Positions 57,393-64,000 of a DNA stretch of 64,000 nucleotides are shown here, in pieces; within the stretch, counting starts at the first letter, position 1; each line of letters opens with the position of its first letter. The stretch lies in assembly GCA_036506735.1 (NCBI GenBank), contig DASXRG010000136.1:17654-81653 (forward strand), given 5' to 3'. The stretch comes from Candidatus Binatia bacterium. GTDB taxonomy: Bacteria > Desulfobacterota > Binatia > UBA9968. The notes under the pieces were generated by a model, which was not told the origin of the DNA, searched no databases, and was given only the letters and a program-made list of their open reading frames with translations. A program made the translations under genes and the position numbers.

Positions 57393-58490
57393 TTAGTCCA
57401 GTTTAGTATGGAGCCAAGTCAAAACCGTCTTAAAAATGTCGGGAATCGCGCCCATGTGGCCGCCGGAAAAAAGCCGCATCGCTTTCGGCTCGCCGTGCTC
57501 GAGCAGCAGGTAAAAATCCTCCAGCGGCACCTGCTTGTCCTCCTTGCCGTTGACGAGCAGCATCGGCGCGCACGGTTTGTCGAGCCAGCCCTGAGTTTTT
57601 AACGAGAGCGCCGGCATGACCTCGATCAGCTCTTCGAAAGTTTTCTTGCCGAAGAGATTCGCCCGCGCCTCGATCAAGTCGAAAAGATAGGACGGCGCGT
57701 TGCGCGATCTTTCCTGCCATTCGGCCTGAAAAAAGGAGTGGACGCCGCCGCCCCAGTTGACGGCGGCGCGCAATCTTTCATGCTCGACGTGGGCCATCTT
57801 GGTGGACCAGTAGCCGCCGAAGCTCGCGCCGACTACGGCGATTTTCTTCGGATCGACCTCGGGTCGCTTGAGCAAATAATCCAGCGCGGCCGAGTGAACG
57901 CGATGCGCGTCGGGCGACGCCAGCATCGGACATTCGCCGGTGCCCGGGCTGTCCAACACCAAACAGCCCCAGCCCTCGCGCACGAACGCCTCGGCAAAGG
58001 TCAGACGCTCTTCTTTCCAGTTGTCGATCCCGCCCCAGTGCATCACCAACGGCGCGGGCAGCTTCTTGGGAAATCTCAGGTGGCCGGCTATCTCTTTGCC
58101 GTCGAAGGGGATCGCGACGCGCTCGAGCGGAATGTCGAAGTAGCGGGAAGCGGCCAGATACATTTCGCGGGTCTTGAGATAAGCCTGCCGCTTGCCCGGA
58201 GAGTTGGGAAATGGATGGCGCGCGATGCCGTAGTAACCGTAGGCTTTGAGTAAGGCCGCCTTCGCCTGCTTGGCGTCGCCGCGAGCCTCCGCCGCCTTCG
58301 CCTTGTTTTCCCAGCGGGCGCCGATCTCGCTCCACGCCGCGGCCCACTTTTCGGCTTCGATGCTGTCCAGCCTGGCGAGCGCTTCTTCGGCCTCTGCCTT
58401 GTCGGCGTGAGAAAACGGGGCGCGCAGGCCGACGCGGCTCCGAATGTCGTCTTTGATTTCAGCGAGAGTACGTGCGGCGAACATGCTCAT
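57393..58490 (-). CDS. Alpha/beta hydrolase (FrsA-like)
   Basis: GGIDNWKEE, DSPGTGE, GASFGG, GGHMG. Confidence 0.88.
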   Translation of the reverse strand: MSMFAARTLAEIKDDIRSRVGLRAPFSHADKAEAEEALARLDSIEAEKWAAAWSEIGARWENKAKAAEARGDAKQAKAALLKAYGYYGIARHPFPNSPGKRQAYLKTREMYLAASRYFDIPLERVAIPFDGKEIAGHLRFPKKLPAPLVMHWGGIDNWKEERLTFAEAFVREGWGCLVLDSPGTGECPMLASPDAHRVHSAALDYLLKRPEVDPKKIAVVGASFGGYWSTKMAHVEHERLRAAVNWGGGVHSFFQAEWQERSRNAPSYLFDLIEARANLFGKKTFEELIEVMPALSLKTQGWLDKPCAPMLLVNGKEDKQVPLEDFYLLLEHGEPKAMRLFSGGHMGAIPDIFKTVLTWLHTKLD

Positions 58491-58726
58491 TCCTCCCCTT
58501 TGACGTGAACTCTAGTGCCCGAGCCCAGGCTTTGCAACCCGGTTTGAGTCCGAGAGAGAATGTGATCGCTTCCCATGCTGCGCCGTATTTTGTCTTAACA
58601 TCAAAACAATTCCGTATTTCGGTATGATTACGGTTTTTGGTTCCTGGTAGAGAACAGACCGTGGCCAGAAATCCCTATAAATGCGACAAATCAGTGGCTT
58701 ATAAGACGGAACATTGCAGAATTCTT

Positions 58727-58742
58727 TGGCCTGCCTTTTGCT
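58727..58742 (+). promoter_or_regulatory. Putative sigma-54 (-24/-12) promoter
   Basis: TGGCCTGCCTTTTGCT has GG-N10-GC spacing and lies about 35 nt upstream of ATG 58777. Confidence 0.65.
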
Positions 58743-58776
58743 CCCTCACCCTGGATCCTGGTCTTGGAGAACCGCT

Positions 58777-61308
58777 ATGCAAACTTTTCAGCCATTATTT
58801 TTGTTCAACCTGCCCATTCCAGTTTGGCAAATCGCGCTCTATGTCGCGCTGATGAGTTTCTTTCTGATCAACCACAAGATCAGATTATGCCTTGCCACGT
58901 CGTATCTGTTCATCTTGTTTTGGCTTTACTATTCGTTCCGGGCCGATCTCCTTTTGGTTACCAAAGAAGATTTCGTCGCGCAGGCTGCCTATACCGTGTT
59001 TGGATTTGCCCTCTTGGGACTTGGCCTGTTTGCCTATTTCTTTGTCGAAGGCGGCACGGAAACTCTTTTAGAAAACTTAAGCAAGCGGAACGGGGAAATC
59101 GCCGACCTGAAGTTAAAATTGAAAAAGGCGGAAAAAAGAGTCCACGGGCTGGAGACCCAGGCGGAGGAAGCGCAGCGCAGTTTTCAAGCGCAGGAATCGT
59201 CCCTGGCGAAACAACTGGAGGAAGAGTTAAACGCCGACATCGCCGCGCTCGAACATCGATTAAACGACCGGGAAAATCTGCTCGAGAAACGCAACGAAGA
59301 GATTGCCGACCTCAAGTCAACGGCAAGAGAGGCCGAAAAAAGCGCATCCGGATTGAAGACCCAGGTTGAAGAAATGCAGCGCAGCCTCGAAGCCGATCAG
59401 TCGACCTTTAGGAAAAGCCTGGAAAAAGAGTTCCACAAAAAGGTCGCCGATCTGGAGCATCGACTTAAGGACGGTGCGAATCTCCTCGAGAAGCGTAATG
59501 GAGAGATCGCCGACTTAAAATCCAAGGCAAAAGATGCGGAGAAAAACGCCCAGGCGCTGAAAACTCAAGTCGAGGACGGTCAGCGCAGGGCGGATGAGGC
59601 GGAAAAAAGCGCCCGCGCCTTGAAGACCCAGATCGAAGACGCGCAGCGCAGTTTCCAAGCTGAGCGATCGGCCGCCAAGAAAGCGCTCGAAAAGGAATTC
59701 AACACTCTCGAAAAAGAGTTCAATACAACGATCGCCGATCTCGAGCGCCGGCTAGAGGACGGCGAAAGCCTCATCGAGAAGCGCAACGGCGAGATCGCCG
59801 ACTTCAAGGCCAAGGCAAAGGAGACGGAGAAGAGCGCCCAGGCGCTGAAAACCCAGGTCGAGGACAGCCAGCGCCGGGCGGATGAAGCGGAAAAAAGCGC
59901 CCGCACGTTGAAGGCGCAGGTCGAAGAAGCTCAGCGCAGCTCTAACGCCCGGGACTCGACCGCGAAGAAAAAACTCGAGCAAGAGCTCAACGCAAAGATC
60001 GATGAACTCGAGCACCGGCTCAAGGACGGCGAGAGCCTGCTCGAGCAGCGCAACAGCGAGATCGCCGACCTGAAGTCCAAGACCAAAGAAGCGGAGAAAA
60101 ATTTTCATGCACTGAAGACTCAGGTCGAAGAAAGCCAGGCAAAGGTTAGGGAAGCGGAAAAAGACGCTCGCGCGTTCAAGGAAGACACGCAACGCGGCCA
60201 TACCGCCCAGGAATCGGCCGCCAAGAAAAAACTCGAGAAAGAGTTTAACGCAAAGATCGCCGACGTCGAACATCAACTGAAGGACAGCGAGAATCTCCTG
60301 GAGAAGCGCAACGGCGAGATTGCCGATCTGAAGTCGAAGGCAAAAGAGGCGGAAAAAGGCGCCCGGACGCTGAAGGCGCAGGTCGAGGAGACGCAGCGCA
60401 GCCTCCATGCGGAGCAGTCGGCCCTCATGAAAAAACTGGCGGACGAGCTGAACGGAAAGGTCGCCGACCTCCAACGGCGGCTGGAAGACGGCCAGGCTTT
60501 GTTAGAGAAGCGCAATGGAGAGATCGCCAGCTTCAAGCAGAAAACGGAAGAAGCGGAAAAAAGCGCGCGCGCATTGAAGCAGCAGGCGGAAGAAACGCAG
60601 CGAAGCCTTGACACGCGGGAATCGGCCGCCACAAAACAACTCGCGGACGAGCTCAACGCCAAGATCGCGGACCTCGAGCAACGGCTGAAGGACCGTGAGA
60701 ATCTGTTAGGGAAACGGAACGAGGAGATCGCGGACTTCAAGCGTAAGACGGTCGACGCGGAAAAAACCGCCTGGCTGTCGAAAAACCTGGACCAAAAAGA
60801 TCGACAAGGCCCTCCGGCTCAAATTTCCAAAAACGCGCTGGAGCAAGCGCTTAAAAATAACAAGGCACTGGAAAAACAGCTCAATGGTTTGGAAGAGCAG
60901 ATTAAAAACAAAGACAACCTGTTGAGCCTGATGGCGAAGCGCAACGGAGAGATTGCCGATTTGAAGCTGAGGGCGGAAGAAGCGGAGAAAAAAGTCCACG
61001 CGCTGAAAAATCACGACAAAGGCGTTGGGCACGATGCGCAAATACAAGATTCCAACAACAAGAATCTGGAGCAGGAGTTGAAAAACAAGATGCTCGAGCT
61101 CAAACAGCTCCGGGAGCAGGTTAACCATAAAGAAGGCCTTCTCGGTCTCATGGCAAAACGCAACCTGGAACTTGCCGATCTGAAGTCAAAGGCCGATGAA
61201 AGGATCGAAGCGTTGGAGGCTCAACTGCAAGAAAGCCGGCCGGTGCTCCACACCGGAGAATCCGGCAACGGCAATTCGCACTCCAATCATCAGAACCACA
61301 GACCTTGA
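58777..61308 (+). CDS. Membrane-anchored long coiled-coil repeat protein
   Basis: Three N-terminal TM helices, then ten repeats marked by KRNxEIAD; GGAGA RBS before ATG 58777. Confidence 0.85.
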   Translation: MQTFQPLFLFNLPIPVWQIALYVALMSFFLINHKIRLCLATSYLFILFWLYYSFRADLLLVTKEDFVAQAAYTVFGFALLGLGLFAYFFVEGGTETLLENLSKRNGEIADLKLKLKKAEKRVHGLETQAEEAQRSFQAQESSLAKQLEEELNADIAALEHRLNDRENLLEKRNEEIADLKSTAREAEKSASGLKTQVEEMQRSLEADQSTFRKSLEKEFHKKVADLEHRLKDGANLLEKRNGEIADLKSKAKDAEKNAQALKTQVEDGQRRADEAEKSARALKTQIEDAQRSFQAERSAAKKALEKEFNTLEKEFNTTIADLERRLEDGESLIEKRNGEIADFKAKAKETEKSAQALKTQVEDSQRRADEAEKSARTLKAQVEEAQRSSNARDSTAKKKLEQELNAKIDELEHRLKDGESLLEQRNSEIADLKSKTKEAEKNFHALKTQVEESQAKVREAEKDARAFKEDTQRGHTAQESAAKKKLEKEFNAKIADVEHQLKDSENLLEKRNGEIADLKSKAKEAEKGARTLKAQVEETQRSLHAEQSALMKKLADELNGKVADLQRRLEDGQALLEKRNGEIASFKQKTEEAEKSARALKQQAEETQRSLDTRESAATKQLADELNAKIADLEQRLKDRENLLGKRNEEIADFKRKTVDAEKTAWLSKNLDQKDRQGPPAQISKNALEQALKNNKALEKQLNGLEEQIKNKDNLLSLMAKRNGEIADLKLRAEEAEKKVHALKNHDKGVGHDAQIQDSNNKNLEQELKNKMLELKQLREQVNHKEGLLGLMAKRNLELADLKSKADERIEALEAQLQESRPVLHTGESGNGNSHSNHQNHRP

Positions 61309-61359
61309 CCCGCCCTGAATAAACGACCACCGTGGCGAAACGATCGCCGCGCGTTCCGT

Positions 61360-62370
61360 TTACCTTTTATCCCCCCAGAGCTTGGCGAAGAAATCGCTTT
61401 TATCCAGCTCGATTAAATATCTGCGATCGATCAAGTCCGCCGGCTTGGCGAGTTTCGCCCGCGGGTCCGTCGGGGCGATCTCGTCGAGCGAAGCCTGCAG
61501 CGCCGATGGTTGGATTTCCAAACGGCGCTCGAGGGCGGGAATCTCCGATTGATAAGCGGCGTCGAGAATCTTCGTGTCGGTGACGCGCATATATTTCCCC
61601 AGGACTTTGTAGACGAGGTTTTTGTCGGTGTGCAAAATTTTCGCCGCCTCGGCCATCGCCCGCATGAACCTTCCGATGACCGGACCGCGCTGAGCGATCA
61701 CCGAGCGGAGCGTGACGAACGTAGTGGCGGCATAAGGAATGCGAAGCTCCAGACCGTTGACGATCAGACGGTATCCCTGCGACGCCGCGCCCGCGTCGCC
61801 CGGCGCAACCAGCGAGGCCGCATCGACACGGCCGGCGACGAGCGCCGCCAGCGACTCCGGCCCCCCGCCTGTCGGCACCGCCTGAACATCCTTGCCGGCG
61901 TCGAGACCGAATTTTCTCAGCGCCTGGATGGTGAAATAGTGGGTATTGCTGCCGAACCGCCCTATCCCGATCCTTCGTCCTTTCAGCTCCTCGGGCCGTT
62001 TGATCTCCGCCTTGCCCATAATGTTGTGCGTCAGGATGTTTTTTACGGCGCCGATGAAGACCAAATCGGTGCTGCCTTGAACGTAAGCGCGCACGTTGCC
62101 GATCGCGCCCGTGACGGCGATCTCCCCGTCGCCGCCCAACATGGCGGCGGTTGCGACCGGCGACGACGAGATGAAAACCAGGCGAAAATCCAGATCGTAT
62201 TTTTTAAACAGTCCCGCATCCTGGGCGATCCACGGCATCGATTGCGACAAGACTTGCGCCGAGTGAAGGCCGACCAGCTTGTCGGCCGCGCAAACTCCGC
62301 CGTAAGGCAACAACGAGCCCAGCACGACGAACGCCGACCAACGAAAATATCTGTGAAAATGTTTGAACAT
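61360..62370 (-). CDS. NitT/TauT-family ABC substrate-binding protein
   Basis: Signal peptide, WIAQDAGLFKKY, ELKGRRIGIGRFGSNTH. Confidence 0.88.
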   Translation of the reverse strand: MFKHFHRYFRWSAFVVLGSLLPYGGVCAADKLVGLHSAQVLSQSMPWIAQDAGLFKKYDLDFRLVFISSSPVATAAMLGGDGEIAVTGAIGNVRAYVQGSTDLVFIGAVKNILTHNIMGKAEIKRPEELKGRRIGIGRFGSNTHYFTIQALRKFGLDAGKDVQAVPTGGGPESLAALVAGRVDAASLVAPGDAGAASQGYRLIVNGLELRIPYAATTFVTLRSVIAQRGPVIGRFMRAMAEAAKILHTDKNLVYKVLGKYMRVTDTKILDAAYQSEIPALERRLEIQPSALQASLDEIAPTDPRAKLAKPADLIDRRYLIELDKSDFFAKLWGDKR

Positions 62371-62556
62371 GAAACTCCTCGCTTCCCGCCTGATTCGGAT
62401 TCTGCGTCTGATATTACCTCTTATTGAGCGGCGCGTTCAACAAAGCCGTAGCCGTCAGTCAAAAATTTCAAGCGAATTGACAGTACGGCACTGTTGATCT
62501 ACTGTCTGGCGAGCTTGGGCCGAACGCACAAGAGCAAGTCAAAGGAGGCGCCTCTC

Positions 62557-63807
62557 ATGGTAACCCGCAGCACGTCGAGCTTCGGTCTGGTCGGCACGGA
62601 CTGGCAGCAGCGCATCAATTGGGATCGGCTCAGGAAGTACCGCCTCGACCGCGCGCGTGAGGCATTGAAGCGCAACGGATTGGGCGCGATCCTCGCGATG
62701 TACGACGAAAACGTCCGCTACATTTCGAGCACGGTCACGCCCGGCTGGTGCCGCCTGAAGCCCGGCCTGCGCTACGCGCTCTTGTGCGAGGGCGCCGAGC
62801 CCGTGCTCTTCGAGCAAGGCGACATCGGCATACAAATCAATCGCCACTGCCCGTGGATTCCGCGCGACAACGTGCGCTACGCCTACTCCTGGATCAAAGG
62901 CGCCGTCGGTGGCGCGTCGCGCCAGCAGGTAAAAAAATTCACCGAGGCGATCGTCGAAGAGCTGAAGAAGTACCACGTGGACAAGGCTCCCCTTGGCGTC
63001 GACTTTGTCGACCTCAACATGATCAACGCCTTCAAGGAAGCGGGCATCAACTGGACCGACGGCGCATCTCCGATGGTGGAAGCGCGCGCGATCAAGAACG
63101 AGGACGAGCTGGAGGCGATGCGCATCGTCGCCGCCATCTGCGACGGCTGCCACACGGCGATCTCCCATTTCATCAGACCGGGAATGCAGGAGCACCAGAT
63201 CACCGCCTTCGCCATGAACTTCCTCTACAACATTCCGGGGATCGAAGACGTGGAGGACATCATCGTATCGTCCGGGCCGAATAGCTGGCCGAACTGGCGG
63301 CACTTTTCCGATCGGATCATCCAGCCGGGCGATCTGGTGATCATTGACATGGCGGCAGTCACCTGGAACGGCTACAAGAGCTGCATGTACCGCACCTACT
63401 GCGTGGGTAAAAAGCCGACCAAAGAGCAGAACGATTTTTATCATATCGCCTACGATTGGCTGTATCGGGCCATCGAAAAGGTGAAACCCGGAGCGACGAC
63501 AAAGGAGATCGCCGAGGTCTGGCCCTCGGCGATGGAGACTTGGGGATACAAAGAAGAGGATCAGGCGGCGGCGAATCTGTGGGGCCATGGGCTCGGACTC
63601 GCGCAATACGACACGCCGGTCATCTCGCGAATTTATTCTCTCGACTTCCCGGTAGTGATCCAGCCCGGAATGAGCTTTGCGCTGGAGACCCAGCACGGCA
63701 AGCCGCTTCAGTGGGGCGTACGGCTGGAGGAGATGATGGTCGTCACCGAAAGGGGGCCGGAAGTCACGACCCAATTTCCCATAGAGGAAATCACCGTCAT
63801 CGATTAG
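62557..63807 (+). CDS. M24 (Xaa-Pro peptidase/creatinase/DddP-like) family protein
   Basis: ARAIKNEDEL, GDLVIID, GHGLG, FALET, GVRLEEM; GGAGG RBS before ATG 62557. Confidence 0.9.
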   Translation: MVTRSTSSFGLVGTDWQQRINWDRLRKYRLDRAREALKRNGLGAILAMYDENVRYISSTVTPGWCRLKPGLRYALLCEGAEPVLFEQGDIGIQINRHCPWIPRDNVRYAYSWIKGAVGGASRQQVKKFTEAIVEELKKYHVDKAPLGVDFVDLNMINAFKEAGINWTDGASPMVEARAIKNEDELEAMRIVAAICDGCHTAISHFIRPGMQEHQITAFAMNFLYNIPGIEDVEDIIVSSGPNSWPNWRHFSDRIIQPGDLVIIDMAAVTWNGYKSCMYRTYCVGKKPTKEQNDFYHIAYDWLYRAIEKVKPGATTKEIAEVWPSAMETWGYKEEDQAAANLWGHGLGLAQYDTPVISRIYSLDFPVVIQPGMSFALETQHGKPLQWGVRLEEMMVVTERGPEVTTQFPIEEITVID

Positions 63808-63836
63808 GCGATTCCGGCGGCGGCCTATTCCATTCA

Positions 63837-64000
63837 ATGAAGCGACGATCAAAGACGTCGAAGACGCGAAAACGCGCCGCCGCTTTAGCAGAGCGCTCAC
63901 GCCGTGCGTCATCCACGATCGATATTCACGCCCACTTTGTTCCCGAGGGGTATCTCCGCGCCATCGAGGCGGAAGGAGAGCCGCGCGGCGTGCGTCTGCT
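63837..64000 (+). CDS. Amidohydrolase_2 family protein, 3'-partial at window edge
   Basis: Manual translation MKRRSK...TIDIHAHFVP contains the HxH metal motif. Confidence 0.75.
   Translation, partial: MKRRSKTSKTRKRAAALAERSRRASSTIDIHAHFVPEGYLRAIEAEGEPRGVRL

Noticed and set aside
58714-58776. TTG start at 58714 for the coiled-coil protein
   Set aside because: It overlaps the sigma-54 motif; ATG 58777 has an RBS and fits the predicted transcription start
59080-61200. DNA-level repeats resembling a CRISPR or other array
   Set aside because: They are degenerate, in frame and explained by protein repeats; there are no identical repeats with unique spacers

Overview
GC-rich bacterial chromosomal window; the gene style resembles Binatota/deltaproteobacteria-like soil lineages, which is inference only. 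It is dominated by 16 periplasmic-binding-protein (PBP) fold genes served by only two permeases and one ATPase, interspersed with catabolic enzymes (family III CoA-transferases, crotonases, alpha/beta hydrolases, MetE-like, ComDE-like, intradiol dioxygenase, M24) and recognisable genes (glcB, frmA, mddA, a DacA-type carboxypeptidase). I saw no rRNA, tRNA, CRISPR array, integrase or transposase. The best candidates for undescribed systems are: (1) an operon at 16.2-22.4 kb with a complete di-iron ferritin-like protein, a paralog whose Glu ligands are replaced by Lys, two ferredoxins and a cytoplasmic beta-propeller, divergent from a CoA-transferase pair and a crotonase; (2) a 4,950-bp segment bracketed by two copies of the frmA 5' end, carrying an exported TPR-CHAT (caspase-like) protease, a membrane protein and an exported partner; (3) a 710-aa Thr/Gln/Ser-rich repeat protein plus TPR protein behind a near-consensus sigma-28 promoter; (4) duplicated signal-less, His/Cys-rich PBP-fold proteins that may be enzymes; (5) a membrane-anchored protein with ten coiled-coil repeats behind a sigma-54 promoter. 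All calls were made by eye from motifs; no database search was run.
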